DNA of 64,000 bases from Candidatus Nomurabacteria bacterium (GCA_020632075.1 JACKGH010000002.1:75454-139453), one strand, 5' to 3'. Numbered from the stretch's first letter, positions 28,455-38,929 are shown. Numbers and translations: made by a program. The notes: generated by a model from the sequence alone, not told the origin.

Positions 28455-29672
28455 TCAAAACGCACTTGTCAGGTTGTAGATCGGCATCAAGACAGATGCG
28501 AGCAATACACCAACACCAATACCAAGCATCACGATCATCGCTGGTTCGATCAGTCCGATGAGAGTATCGACTGCGTTGTTCACTTCTCGACGATAGAAAT
28601 TAGACAACGTCGTAAGGATCGTACCGAGACTACCAGTCTCCTCACCCACCTTAGCCATCTGCGCGAGCACACCTGGGATCTCCGGGTACTCAGCGATCGA
28701 GTCCGCAAACGAACGACCTCCCTTCACCTCGACCAACGCTGACTGAATGATCTCTTTGTAGACCATGTTGTCCACCACGTCAGCAGTCACTTCGAGCGCC
28801 TGTACGATCGAGATACCGCTACCAAGCATAGTTGCCATGTTGTCACAAATACGGGTGAGCAAAAGTTTGCGTTGCAGGTCACCTAAATACGGCACAGAAA
28901 TGAAGAACTCATCGAAGGTTCGTTTACCGACATCAGTTTGACGAAATTTCCAGATACCAACACCAATACCAGCAATAGCGATCAAAATAAATCCGATGTA
29001 GTTGACCATAAAATCAGAGATACCGATCACGATCTTAGTGTAGATCGGTAATTCTTGTCCTGAATCAGTAAGGATCTTAGCGATATTTGGGATCACCAAG
29101 GTGAGCATCAGCCCCATCACCAAAATAAAGATACCCACCACAAACGCCGGATAAATAAGTGCGTTACGCGCTTTGCTGATCACTTCATATTGTCGATCGA
29201 GATAATCAGCCAAATAATCAAACGCCTTCTCAAGAGAACCAGACTCTTCACCTGAACGCACTAGGTTTACATAGAAAGAAGAGAACACCTCAGGATGCGA
29301 AGATAGTGCACGCGAGATCGAACTACCAGCCTGAAGATCCTCAACGATCTGATTCATGATCTGCTGTAGCTGCGGATTCTCTACTTCAGCAGACAACAAA
29401 CGGAAGATACGAAGTGGCGACACTTGCGCCTGGAAAAGTGTCGAGATCTGACGAGAGAGGATCACGATCTCTTTGTTTGAGACTGACTGGAAAAACGAGA
29501 ACTCAATGTTCATTAGCCCAGCCAACCCTTCAGATTTGTTGGTCTCATCGATCGAAACAAGCGTATATCCACGCTTCTGCACCGCCGAGATTGCAGCATC
29601 AACCGTTGGTGCTTCCACAGTACCTTCACGTTGGATGTTTGAGCTGTCGATCGCTTTGTAATTAAAGAGCAT
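28455..29672 (-). CDS. pilC: type IV pilus platform protein PilC (GspF family)
   Basis: 405 aa, two GspF repeats, three TM helices. Confidence 0.85.
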   Translation of the reverse strand: MLFNYKAIDSSNIQREGTVEAPTVDAAISAVQKRGYTLVSIDETNKSEGLAGLMNIEFSFFQSVSNKEIVILSRQISTLFQAQVSPLRIFRLLSAEVENPQLQQIMNQIVEDLQAGSSISRALSSHPEVFSSFYVNLVRSGEESGSLEKAFDYLADYLDRQYEVISKARNALIYPAFVVGIFILVMGLMLTLVIPNIAKILTDSGQELPIYTKIVIGISDFMVNYIGFILIAIAGIGVGIWKFRQTDVGKRTFDEFFISVPYLGDLQRKLLLTRICDNMATMLGSGISIVQALEVTADVVDNMVYKEIIQSALVEVKGGRSFADSIAEYPEIPGVLAQMAKVGEETGSLGTILTTLSNFYRREVNNAVDTLIGLIEPAMIVMLGIGVGVLLASVLMPIYNLTSAF

Positions 29673-29682
29673 ACAAAATTTG

Positions 29683-30750
29683 TTAGATGAGTCGTTCGAG
29701 ACCCTTCGGATTCACCGAGTACGTGAAGGCATTCTCAACTGTAATGTCTCCATTTTGTACCAAGCGAGCCAGCGATCGGTTCATGTCGATCATACCTTGC
29801 TCGAGACCAGTCTCGATCACTGATGGAATCTCATGAATGCGATTCTCACGGATCAGGTTACTGACCGCAGTGTTGTTGATGAGCAGCTCATAGGCTGGCA
29901 CCAATCCACCCGCAATGTGTGGAATAAGTCGCTGTGAAAAGATCGCGATCAAAGATGAAGCGAGCTGCACTCGGATCTGATCTTGCTGCGCACCCGGAAA
30001 CGAGTCAACAATACGGTTGATAGTCTGAGCCGCGTCGTTGGTGTGAAGTGTTGAATACACCAAGTGACCAGTTTCTGCTGCTGTTACTGCTGCAGCAATG
30101 GTCTCCGTGTTACGCATCTCACCCACCAGAATAACGTCTACGTCTTGGCGTAGCGCTGCGCTAAGCGCTTTTTCAAAATTCACTGTATCAATTCCGATCT
30201 CTCTCTGATCGATCAGCGCCTTTTCTTCAGTGTATACGTACTCGATCGGATCCTCGATCGTCACGATGTGCTCAGCCCGCCCTTTATTGATCAAGTTCAC
30301 CATCGAGGCAAGCGTGGTTGACTTACCCTGTCCTACTGGGCCTACACAAAGAAAGAAACCTTGTGAACGCTGCGTGAAACTCTCAAGAATTGGTGGCAAA
30401 TTAAGCTCTTCAAACGTACGGATCACATTAGGAATGAGACGAAGTGCAATGGCCATACGACCCCGCTGATGAAATGCGTTTCCTCGAAAACGAACACCCT
30501 CAGAGTTTTCATATGAAAAGTCTATCTCACTATACTCCGCATAGCGTTTGTATTGATCTTCACGCATCAGTACCTTTGCGAATCCGTTCACATCTGCATC
30601 GGTCAGGATCGGCTTTTTTAGAAGAGGGATCAGTGTACCCGACACTCGAATAAGCGGATGTGCACCAACTGAAAAGTGCAGGTCAGATGCCTGTTCTTGC
30701 AAGATCAGCTCGATCAACACATTGAGTTCTCGTTTGTAATCAACAGCCAT
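29683..30750 (-). CDS. pilT: twitching-motility retraction ATPase PilT
   Basis: Walker A GPVGQGKSTTLASMV, GEMRNTETIAAAVTAAETGHLV, AAQTINRIVD. Confidence 0.85.
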   Translation of the reverse strand: MAVDYKRELNVLIELILQEQASDLHFSVGAHPLIRVSGTLIPLLKKPILTDADVNGFAKVLMREDQYKRYAEYSEIDFSYENSEGVRFRGNAFHQRGRMAIALRLIPNVIRTFEELNLPPILESFTQRSQGFFLCVGPVGQGKSTTLASMVNLINKGRAEHIVTIEDPIEYVYTEEKALIDQREIGIDTVNFEKALSAALRQDVDVILVGEMRNTETIAAAVTAAETGHLVYSTLHTNDAAQTINRIVDSFPGAQQDQIRVQLASSLIAIFSQRLIPHIAGGLVPAYELLINNTAVSNLIRENRIHEIPSVIETGLEQGMIDMNRSLARLVQNGDITVENAFTYSVNPKGLERLI

Positions 30751-30761
30751 ACATTTGTTAC

Positions 30762-31133
30762 TTACTTTTTTGCCATTGCCTCTACTTTTTTAACCACATC
30801 ACTTGGCACTGCTTCCGCTTTAATAATATACCCATCGGCTCCAGCCTTGGTCGCTTCTTCAATATCTTCATCTTGTCCCTGATTAGACAAAACGATGCAC
30901 TTGGCTTTCATGTCAGGGAACTTTTCACGAATCGCTCTAATAAGTTCTGTTCCTGTCATTCCCGGCATGATCATGTCTAACATAATGACATCAAAATCTT
31001 GCGATCGCTCAAGAACACGCAAAGCAGTGACCGCACCATCAGCAACCTCAACCTCATAGCCAGTATCTTTAAACTTCAGCGCGTACATGTCGCGCAAAAA
31101 AGCGTCATCATCAATGAGAAGTAACTTCATCAC
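30762..31133 (-). CDS. single-domain response regulator (CheY-like receiver)
   Basis: LLIDDD...D(54-like)MIMPGMTG...K receiver signature, 123 aa, embedded between pilT and pilB. Confidence 0.8.
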   Translation of the reverse strand: MMKLLLIDDDAFLRDMYALKFKDTGYEVEVADGAVTALRVLERSQDFDVIMLDMIMPGMTGTELIRAIREKFPDMKAKCIVLSNQGQDEDIEEATKAGADGYIIKAEAVPSDVVKKVEAMAKK

Positions 31134-32943
31134 TACCCATTATAGCCTCTGCCACCTCAATATCATTTAGGTTATCGACAGTATCATAAGTTTCATTTGG
31201 GTCAGTTTCAATACCGATCTTAGTACTAAAGACATTCATTTCTTCGTATGGTATCTCGTGATTAAGCGCCTTGATCATGGCGTCTTCTTGGATAGTGATA
31301 AAGCCATTCTTACGAGCAGCCATGAAGAATTCTTCTTCTGAGGCATTTTTCAAGATCAACTCTTGCATCTCTTCATTGATCTCAAGCACTTCAGTGATCG
31401 CAGTTCGTCCGCTGTAGCCAGTCGCGCAACCAGGTGTCGGTTCTGGATGCAACATCGTGCGACTTTCAGGTATACGCTTATGATACTTCTGTGGCAACGT
31501 CTTAAATGTCTCACTGATACGAGCCTCTGTACTTGGAGAAACTTCTTCTTCACGACCTGTACCATCACACAAGGTACGAGCAAGTCGCTGCGCGATCGTG
31601 AGTTTGAGCGTTGGTGCGATCAGGTACGGATCAATCCCCATGTCGATCAGACGCGGAATCACACCGATCGCGTTGTTGGTGTGAATCGTAGAAAGCACAA
31701 GGTGACCAGTAAGTGCAGCTTGGATAGCCAGCTGTGCAGTTTCAGTATCTCGGATCTCACCTACCATGATAATGTCTGGGTCTTGACGAAGTGCAGCGCG
31801 TAGACCGCGCGCGAAGGTGTACCCGATCTCGGGTCGAACCTGTGACTGACTCACTCCAGACATGTCATACTCAACCGGATCCTCAAGTGACATTACATTC
31901 TTGGTCACCGTATCAACTTCCTGGATCATTCCACGCAATGTAGTTGACTTACCAGAACCAGTTGGACCTGAGATGAGAATGATACCGTATGGTTCCTGCA
32001 CGATCTTTCGGAGCAACTCCATATTTGAGGCAGAAATACCACTCTCTTCAAGCGAGCGAACTCCTTTACTCGTATCCAAAATACGCATTACCACCTTCTC
32101 GCCATGATTGGTAGGCAATACAGATACACGAAAATCGATCTTTCGATCATCAAATGTCGCTGAGAAACGACCATCTTGTGGCCGACGTCGCTCATCAAGA
32201 CGCATCGAAGAGAGTATCTTCACTCGCGCAACCACTGCCATATGCACGTTCTTCGGCAGTGTGAGACTTTTTGCCAACTCACCATCAACACGAAAACGGA
32301 CCGCCACCTCAACCGGACTTGGTTCAATATGAATATCAGACGCACTACCATCCACTGCATACCGCAAAATCGTCGCTACGATCTTTGTAACTGGCGCATC
32401 CTCTTCAATATGCTCCAGTGACTCTTTAGTCTGTACATCTGACTCCTCAAGACTAGCAGCAATTTCTTTATCGAGTTCGCTTTCAAGCGTCTCAAGCGCA
32501 TCACCAACATCACCTTCCAGGTTTGAGTAGAAGTTAAGGATACGAACAATATCCTCATCTGGCATGTAGACGAGCTTGTATGGAATATTGTTCTTGGTGC
32601 TTATGAAGTTAAGCGCCTCACGCATCTGTAGGTTGTCAGGATTGTTGACACCCACCACCAACACATCATCTTCAACCTTAAGGGGCACCATTCGATAGTG
32701 CTGGGCTGATTCTTCTGAAATAAAATCTAGGATCTCCTGAGTAACCGTAAATCCTTCTGGGATATCAAAGACTGGCACCTGATAGAAATCGGCCATAAAC
32801 TGACGAACATCCTCCTTGCTCATGCCGAGTTCTTCAAAAACAGACTCATATGAACGGCCAGTCTCACCGATAATACGCTCAGCCTCCGTAATAAAAGACT
32901 GATCGACCCCACCACGCTCTTGTAATGCCTGCAGCGGATCCAT
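31111..32943 (-). CDS. pilB: type IV pilus assembly ATPase PilB (GspE family)
   Basis: N-terminal GSPII_E_N-like domain, Walker A GPTGSGKSTTL, His-box, 610 aa. Confidence 0.85.
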   Translation of the reverse strand: MDPLQALQERGGVDQSFITEAERIIGETGRSYESVFEELGMSKEDVRQFMADFYQVPVFDIPEGFTVTQEILDFISEESAQHYRMVPLKVEDDVLVVGVNNPDNLQMREALNFISTKNNIPYKLVYMPDEDIVRILNFYSNLEGDVGDALETLESELDKEIAASLEESDVQTKESLEHIEEDAPVTKIVATILRYAVDGSASDIHIEPSPVEVAVRFRVDGELAKSLTLPKNVHMAVVARVKILSSMRLDERRRPQDGRFSATFDDRKIDFRVSVLPTNHGEKVVMRILDTSKGVRSLEESGISASNMELLRKIVQEPYGIILISGPTGSGKSTTLRGMIQEVDTVTKNVMSLEDPVEYDMSGVSQSQVRPEIGYTFARGLRAALRQDPDIIMVGEIRDTETAQLAIQAALTGHLVLSTIHTNNAIGVIPRLIDMGIDPYLIAPTLKLTIAQRLARTLCDGTGREEEVSPSTEARISETFKTLPQKYHKRIPESRTMLHPEPTPGCATGYSGRTAITEVLEINEEMQELILKNASEEEFFMAARKNGFITIQEDAMIKALNHEIPYEEMNVFSTKIGIETDPNETYDTVDNLNDIEVAEAIMGSDEVTSH

Positions 32944-32948
32944 GGTGC

Positions 32949-33305
32949 CTAGATATTTGTTATAACCGGAACTGATGCTGGAGGCTCGAGTTCATCGAAC
33001 ACTTTATCTTCTACTTCGGCAAACGGATCAGATCGGCCAATTGGTGGCTCGACAATATCAGTACGGTAACTTCGAAGTGACGTGAACCGCTCATCATCAA
33101 AAAGACCAACGTTCATCTGCACACCATCTAGCACTTTACCCCGCTCAATAAAAGCTCTTGTATTGGCGATCATGTTATCGAACGTCGGTCGATTCGAATC
33201 AAAATCCAGGGTAGTTGCAGACTTTTGTGTATAGAGATAATACCCGGCAAACGCAACCGTAATGAGTCCGAGAACGATGATTAGATTTACTGCAGTTTTA
33301 CTCAT
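32949..33305 (-). CDS. small single-TM protein in the pilus cluster (PilP-like position)
   Basis: 118 aa with N-terminal TM, between pilB and pilO. Confidence 0.4.
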   Translation of the reverse strand: MSKTAVNLIIVLGLITVAFAGYYLYTQKSATTLDFDSNRPTFDNMIANTRAFIERGKVLDGVQMNVGLFDDERFTSLRSYRTDIVEPPIGRSDPFAEVEDKVFDELEPPASVPVITNI

Positions 33306-33316
33306 ATTCCACGTAC

Positions 33317-33889
33317 TTAACTACTAATTTCTGAAGACATGTACTCATAAGTCATGATCTCAAAATCAGCTGATAGAAAACCACCATCAATTCGTTTGAT
33401 CGACAGGTCGTGGATCTCAAATGGATAATTATTCTGCTCAAGAAGGGTCAAGAAGGTTTTTACTTGATTATAGGTCCCTTCAACTGAAAGACTGAAGCTG
33501 TGTGGCTTTGGCATGTTCAGCGGCTGGCCAGTTCTTGGGTCAGTTGGCACCCTATAATTTTGCACCTTCGCATATGTAACATCGCGATACAACAATCCTG
33601 CCTGCTTAACGATCAGGTACAGATCACGTGGTATATGGATCGAATCAACCGAATCTGGCATGTACGTGTATAACCTTTCCTCATCACGAGTTGGCGTATT
33701 ATCCATACGAGAAACAAGCGTGCGTAACTTTTGGTTCACTGCTTCGACCTGCTCATTTTGCTTTTGATATGCTTCGATCTGTGACTGCACTTCACCAATA
33801 TCAGAAAAAGCTGGTTTTACATATGTGATGATGATCGCTACAGAGATTATCACCATGCCGATCTGTGTGAATAAGCCTTTTGGAATCAT
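33317..33889 (-). CDS. PilO-like pilus assembly protein
   Basis: TM plus coiled coil plus C-terminal domain, overlaps the pilN stop. Confidence 0.55.
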   Translation of the reverse strand: MIPKGLFTQIGMVIISVAIIITYVKPAFSDIGEVQSQIEAYQKQNEQVEAVNQKLRTLVSRMDNTPTRDEERLYTYMPDSVDSIHIPRDLYLIVKQAGLLYRDVTYAKVQNYRVPTDPRTGQPLNMPKPHSFSLSVEGTYNQVKTFLTLLEQNNYPFEIHDLSIKRIDGGFLSADFEIMTYEYMSSEISS

Positions 33890-34614
33890 AGATCATTATC
33901 GTTAACATCGACTGCTGTGGTCGTTGCAATTGGACTAACCGGGCTAGTAACTACTGGTGCAGAAACAGTGATCGGCGCATCAGGCGGAACGTACGGAATA
34001 GCTTCAATCGGTACAGTTAGTTCTACTTTGAAATCAACAGCTGATCGCTGATTCAGGATCGCATTCTTATCTTCTTGTAGCCTCTCTTGAGCAGCGTCAG
34101 CCTCACTTAATGCCTTCACATCCATCACCGAAACGTCTGCGATTATCTCAGAGTCAGTAAAGAGATCACGCTGGAAGATAGTTGAGTCGAACGTGTCTGT
34201 GTTCACTGCAGCAGCAAGCATGTATTCTGAATCCATCTCACGAGTAAGTGATAGGTCTTCAAGCTGCACTGTTCCCGCAGTGGCTGCCTCGAGGGCTTTA
34301 AGAACCGACACTATTGAAACACTACTCTCAACTCGATCCGTTGCTTGTTGAAGTCGTCGGTCAAACTCAAGCACCCGTTGCAGATCAGCCTCACTAAAAC
34401 TAGAGATCCTTGTATTAAGCTGCTCAACTTGAGATTGCCACTCCTTATCAATGTATTGTCCGTAGAAAAAGACACCACCAGTTGCTAGCAATGTAGCGAA
34501 TAGGAGTACATAACTGATCAAAGTAAAAACGTACACCTGCCGAGACATCACTTCACGACGTCGCTTCGCGGGACCACGCTTTGGAATGAACGAGTTATTA
34601 GAAAGATCTGCCAT
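33886..34614 (-). CDS. PilN-like pilus assembly protein
   Basis: Short cytoplasmic N-terminus, TM (VFTLISYVLLFATLLATGGVFF), periplasmic coiled coil. Confidence 0.55.
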   Translation of the reverse strand: MADLSNNSFIPKRGPAKRRREVMSRQVYVFTLISYVLLFATLLATGGVFFYGQYIDKEWQSQVEQLNTRISSFSEADLQRVLEFDRRLQQATDRVESSVSIVSVLKALEAATAGTVQLEDLSLTREMDSEYMLAAAVNTDTFDSTIFQRDLFTDSEIIADVSVMDVKALSEADAAQERLQEDKNAILNQRSAVDFKVELTVPIEAIPYVPPDAPITVSAPVVTSPVSPIATTTAVDVNDNDL

Positions 34615-34668
34615 ACTTTATATTATACGCTCCTTAGTAACAAAAACGGCTAAGTGACTGTGGAAACG

Positions 34669-35757
34669 TTACTCAAATACTCGCAACGCTGCACCAAGCG
34701 CAACAGTAAACGAAGGACCAATGTTTTTCATGTTGTCTTCCATAAAAGCTGGGTACGCGACCTTAGAAAATGGATTCGCCAACAGAATTTCACGACCCAG
34801 TGTCTCTTTAAGATTGCCTACCATGCCTGGGAAGAGTGAACCACCGCCAGACAAGTATATTGAAGTTAGTTTATTGCCGGTTCGATCCTCATACTCTCGC
34901 AGTACCTGATTGAATTCTCGAAATGCCCGATCGTAGCTACTGTCATGCGCTCGTTTCAACTCTGAAAACTGCGCGTCGTTTTTATCGGCGGCTAGCTTGC
35001 GCTGCTCAGCTTCAGAAAAATCAATTGAAAGTGCACTTGCGATCTGCTTGGTTGCCAATGTACCGCCAGCACGGATACGATACATACGCATGAGTAATCC
35101 CTTTCGAGCAATGTAAAGCTTTGATGAAACTGCACCAATATCGATCACTGCAACATTATCTTCATCACTATCAAACAGACTTCGCATCGTACTGAAACAC
35201 TCGATCTCAGTTGGCGGCTGAGTAAGTCCAGCAAACTGCATCAATATCTTGAAGCGTTCTAATGCTGAATTTTGAATCGCAGCAATGAGAACATTACGTC
35301 GATTTTCACTATTCTTCGACGCTTCTTTCTTGGTCACCTCAACCTCAGCCCAGTCCAGCGTAACTTCACTAAGCGATGCAGGAATGACCTTTCGCGCTTC
35401 CACTCGCACCATGGATGAAAGATCAGCATCTGGATCCGCTTCAATACTCACGTTGGTCACAAAACTCGACGAAAGAGGCATTGCAAACACCGCTTGTCTT
35501 CCTTGTACAGCTGATTCTCTAATGACGTCAACCAATGCTTCTTGCTCCTGCTTTGGTTCTAGGGTAACTGACTCGCCGATATCTTCTCCAACGTAGGGAC
35601 CAAGTTGCACTTCACCGTATGTCGCGAGCGTAATCACTCCTTTTCGTTCCTGTAACTCAACAACTTTCATTGAAGACGAGCCAACATCAATACCAACCAC
35701 TCCCTTTGCTGAGCTGCTACTCGTTAACGAGGAAAAAATATCACTGAGAGATTTCAT
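34669..35757 (-). CDS. pilM: type IV pilus assembly ATPase-fold protein PilM
   Basis: Actin-like GIDVGSSSMKVVEL...SGGGS pattern, 362 aa. Confidence 0.8.
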   Translation of the reverse strand: MKSLSDIFSSLTSSSSAKGVVGIDVGSSSMKVVELQERKGVITLATYGEVQLGPYVGEDIGESVTLEPKQEQEALVDVIRESAVQGRQAVFAMPLSSSFVTNVSIEADPDADLSSMVRVEARKVIPASLSEVTLDWAEVEVTKKEASKNSENRRNVLIAAIQNSALERFKILMQFAGLTQPPTEIECFSTMRSLFDSDEDNVAVIDIGAVSSKLYIARKGLLMRMYRIRAGGTLATKQIASALSIDFSEAEQRKLAADKNDAQFSELKRAHDSSYDRAFREFNQVLREYEDRTGNKLTSIYLSGGGSLFPGMVGNLKETLGREILLANPFSKVAYPAFMEDNMKNIGPSFTVALGAALRVFE

Positions 35758-35806
35758 ATACTATTCACAGATATTCTAGCATGAAGAATTTCGTATACTG
35801 GTAAAT

Positions 35807-36406
35807 ATGCTCAAGTTACTCACAGCAATAGTAGACATCCTCTTCCCACCTTCGACCGAAGAAATCCTGTTGCGTTCAACCAAGCCTACAGACTACATGA
35901 AACTGTATAGACCTGGACGGATCGGCTCTTGTGAGTATCTTTGCCACTACCAAGATCCGATCATTCGCGCAGCTATCACCAGCAACAAGTTTCACTATCA
36001 TCGTCGTGGATCGATACTACTCGGAACATTGTTATCAAACTGGGTCGATGAACAAGCCACAGACTGCGTATTCATACCGATACCACTCGGGAAGAAACGT
36101 ATGCGGACTCGTGGTCACAATCAAGTACTGACGATCTTACAAGCTGCTAACGTAGCAACTGCACCGCACTTGCTGACACGAGAAATTGAAACGAAGCAGC
36201 AGTCAAAACTTGATAAGGTGGCTAGGCAGCAGAACGTCCGCGGAGCTTTTACATACACTGACAAACCGTTGCCACAAGGCACTACAGTGGTTGTACTGGT
36301 TGACGATGTTTTCACTACTGGCGCGACGATGCGTGCGGCGCGAGCTGCGCTCGCGCCGCACCTACCACCCCACGTAAAACTCATTTGCCTGGCGATCGCA
36401 CACTAA
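35807..36406 (+). CDS. comFC: ComF family protein (competence, phosphoribosyltransferase domain)
   Basis: PRTase motif VVLVDDVFTTGATMRAA. TATACT box 16 nt upstream of the ATG. Confidence 0.7.
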   Translation: MLKLLTAIVDILFPPSTEEILLRSTKPTDYMKLYRPGRIGSCEYLCHYQDPIIRAAITSNKFHYHRRGSILLGTLLSNWVDEQATDCVFIPIPLGKKRMRTRGHNQVLTILQAANVATAPHLLTREIETKQQSKLDKVARQQNVRGAFTYTDKPLPQGTTVVVLVDDVFTTGATMRAARAALAPHLPPHVKLICLAIAH

Positions 36407-36446
36407 GATCGATAGTAGGTCGGCGGGCCCTTCGGGCCCGCCGACC

Positions 36447-36479
36447 AAAAAAAGAAGCGAACGTTTTCACGTTCGCTTC
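36447..36479 (-). terminator. terminator of the GGDEF gene
   Basis: gaagcgaacgt tttc acgttcgcttc with a 7-T run on the minus strand. Confidence 0.55.
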
Positions 36480-36506
36480 AAGTATCAGCGGGAGGACAAT
36501 CTTTGA

Positions 36507-37214
36507 TCAGGTCAGTACACGACCAACCACTCGATTCCGCCCCTCCTTTTTTGCGTCATACAGAGCCAGATCTGCTTCTTTAAGCAGTTTTTCCGGCGTC
36601 GTTGCGAAACGCGTGTGAGCGGTCCCGACACTGACCGTTACCAGCAGGTCGTTGACGAACTCATGATCCTCGATCGCAGCGCGGATCTCCTCCGCAACTT
36701 CAGCCAACTTCTCAGCCGAAATATTTGGAAACACGACCACGAATTCTTCGCCGCCATACCGTGCCACCAAGTCGGTGTCACGAACGACCGAACGAAGTAC
36801 GCGCGCGATGTCGATCAGCACCTGATCTCCAACATCATGACCGTACGTGTCATTTACCGCCTTGAAGAAATCAGCGTCGATCATGGCTGCTGCCAAGCTT
36901 TGCATCAATCCAGCGCGCTTTTCTTCGGAGTCGCGCCGTAGCAGAGGGCTCGCAAGTGCACTCAGCTGACTGGTCAGTTCACCACGGTTTGCCAGTCCCG
37001 TCATCGGATCACGCTTGGCCGATTCCTCAGCTTGCTGACGGAGCACACGCTCTTGCCGAAGCTGATCCTCAGCAACCAGCGCTCGATCACGCTCCGCGTG
37101 CATTTGATGCATTGAGTTACGAAGCCGGGCCTCCAACTCTCGCTTCTTGAGAAGCATGTAGACTGCGATGAATACGACCAGCCCAAAGACGGTCGCAAGA
37201 ATGATTTCTTTCAC
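36507..37214 (-). CDS. membrane-anchored diguanylate cyclase (GGDEF)
   Basis: TM, coiled coil, then the RYGGEEF active-site motif. Confidence 0.85.
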   Translation of the reverse strand: MKEIILATVFGLVVFIAVYMLLKKRELEARLRNSMHQMHAERDRALVAEDQLRQERVLRQQAEESAKRDPMTGLANRGELTSQLSALASPLLRRDSEEKRAGLMQSLAAAMIDADFFKAVNDTYGHDVGDQVLIDIARVLRSVVRDTDLVARYGGEEFVVVFPNISAEKLAEVAEEIRAAIEDHEFVNDLLVTVSVGTAHTRFATTPEKLLKEADLALYDAKKEGRNRVVGRVLT

Positions 37215-37397
37215 TTTGTCCTCCCAAAGAACAATCTTTTACTGTTTTATAATTATATTACAATATATACCAAATGTCAATAAATCATTGGTTTTCAACG
37301 CTTGACACTTGCTATTTTATGTATTTGTGGTATAAATCCAGCCAGGAGGGTGGCTATTATAGTAATAATTCCCGCACAGTTTTTTGGAGCAGCAGTA

Positions 37398-37643
37398 ATG
37401 ACTTCTAAGCAGATCGGCTTCGCGGTGGCAATCCTTGCCCTGACTAGCGTCGCAAGCGCCACCGCCGCTCACATGAGCGGCATTCCCTGGTTCCAGATCC
37501 AGAACTTCATCGGCAGCATCATCACGTATGTTGCCATAGGATTCTTCGCCATCATGATGGGTCTCGGCATCTTGATCGTATTCAGCGGAATGGTCGCACC
37601 TGGCTGGTGTCCGTTCAATCTCTGCAACGATCAGAAGAACTGA
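37398..37643 (+). CDS. small membrane protein (81 aa)
   Basis: GGAG SD 8 nt upstream. TGgTATAAA extended -10 at about 37320. Signal-like N-terminus plus two TM helices. Terminator follows. Confidence 0.5.
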   Translation: MTSKQIGFAVAILALTSVASATAAHMSGIPWFQIQNFIGSIITYVAIGFFAIMMGLGILIVFSGMVAPGWCPFNLCNDQKN

Positions 37644-37659
37644 TCAGAACCTCCCCCAG

Positions 37660-37686
37660 CAGCGCCCCCAAGGCGCTGCTTTTTTG
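37660..37686 (+). terminator. intrinsic terminator
   Basis: cagcagcgcc cccaa ggcgctgctg plus tttttt. Confidence 0.65.
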
Positions 37687-37702
37687 TTGTGTAAAAATTG
37701 TA

Positions 37703-37730
37703 AAAGCGGCCTTAAGCGGCCGCTTTTCCT
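37703..37730 (-). terminator. terminator of the 37747..38148 gene
   Basis: aaaagcggcc ttaa gcggccgctttt. Confidence 0.5.
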
Positions 37731-37746
37731 CCGAAGTAGAAAGTGT

Positions 37747-38148
37747 CTATACCCAAGCAACACCGTGCCTTGCCTGCGGCTCGCGACGAAGTCGTCTTTT
37801 TTCTGCCTGGCGTGCCAGCCAGCTGGTGCGGATCTCCCGCAACTGCTTCCGCACCGCCCGCGCATCACCAATGGTGAATATCTGACCGCTTGCCGTTGCC
37901 TGCTTACGCTCCTTGGCAATGACCTGATCTTCGTGATATCTCACGTGCTGCGCACGCTGTCGCGCTTCAGCTTGCTTACGCGCTGCTGCCTCAGTCTCAC
38001 GCCGCTCTGCGGTCAGCTGACCATTTGCTTTCTGGATCGCGAGTTTGCGAGCGATCGTCTTTTCAGCCTGCTCGTGTTTTGCACGGACAGACTCTCTTCC
38101 CCTTTTTTCCGACTGACGGGTAAACGCTCTACTTCTATTGTAAAACAT
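37747..38148 (-). CDS. hypothetical highly charged (Arg/Lys/Glu-rich) protein
   Basis: 133 aa. Preferred over the overlapping Cys-rich plus-strand ORF because of its terminator and composition. Confidence 0.4.
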   Translation of the reverse strand: MFYNRSRAFTRQSEKRGRESVRAKHEQAEKTIARKLAIQKANGQLTAERRETEAAARKQAEARQRAQHVRYHEDQVIAKERKQATASGQIFTIGDARAVRKQLREIRTSWLARQAEKRRLRREPQARHGVAWV

Positions 38149-38312
38149 CTGCCAAAGAACTCCTGTATGAAAGACCAGTATTGGTCATATCAAACGTACA
38201 AAAAAATACATTATTAGTAAAGTCCCTTTTTGCACCCGAGAGACCTATGATCCACTTTACAAACTATTCATATGGGTATGTAATGAAGTTGGAAGTACCT
38301 CAGGAGAACGAA

Positions 38313-38834
38313 ATGAAACCTGCAGTAAGCAATTACCTACACGATCAATTCGGACGCCTCCTGCTTGAGGCCGAAATGCGAGTCAATGTTGACCTAAAGG
38401 AAACGGTGCGCCTGTACACTGTCGGCGTACTCGTAACTCACTGGCGGACAGAGTGGTCGCACGAAGCTCTGGCACTACGGTACCTGCGGGCTGCGAAACA
38501 GCCGCGCCGGTCTGCACACGACTTTCTTTCCATCGCCGACACTGCCCTACTGATCCTTTCACTACAATTGCCCAAAGTCCTCCGGCGTGGCCTCGACCCT
38601 GACTACTTCGTCACCCTCGGTCGCAGCTCGTACCACGATGCTGCGCTACGCGAGCATCATGAAGCTCTGGCAGAACGAGACATCCTGCTCTGTAACGCAT
38701 TCGTTCAAACGGCACGTGTCGTCTATGATGTATTCACGCACCGCTACCACGAACGAGTCCTCGAGATCAGCGAACATCTGTCTAGGTTGGCAGCAGAAAA
38801 CACCACACCAGCAACGCCACGGATACTTCAGTGA
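38313..38834 (+). CDS. hypothetical protein (173 aa)
   Basis: AGGAG SD 6 nt before ATG 38313. The upstream in-frame ORF part lacks an RBS. Terminator at 38855. Confidence 0.45.
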   Translation: MKPAVSNYLHDQFGRLLLEAEMRVNVDLKETVRLYTVGVLVTHWRTEWSHEALALRYLRAAKQPRRSAHDFLSIADTALLILSLQLPKVLRRGLDPDYFVTLGRSSYHDAALREHHEALAERDILLCNAFVQTARVVYDVFTHRYHERVLEISEHLSRLAAENTTPATPRILQ

Positions 38835-38854
38835 TCCGCGATCCGTTTCACCAA

Positions 38855-38878
38855 AGGGCCTCCCCGCGAGGCCCTTTT
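38855..38878 (+). terminator. intrinsic terminator
   Basis: agggcctc cccgc gaggccct plus ttt. Confidence 0.6.
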
Positions 38879-38929
38879 GAGACTCTGGACATAATGTGTT
38901 ATCCTACCGTGCACAATTGAATAAATTAT

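Noticed and set aside
37684-38217. Plus-strand 177-aa Cys-rich ORF
   Set aside because: It overlaps the minus-strand charged-protein ORF, which has a terminator. The translation is low-complexity Cys/Leu/Arg with no RBS. The minus ORF was preferred, at low confidence.
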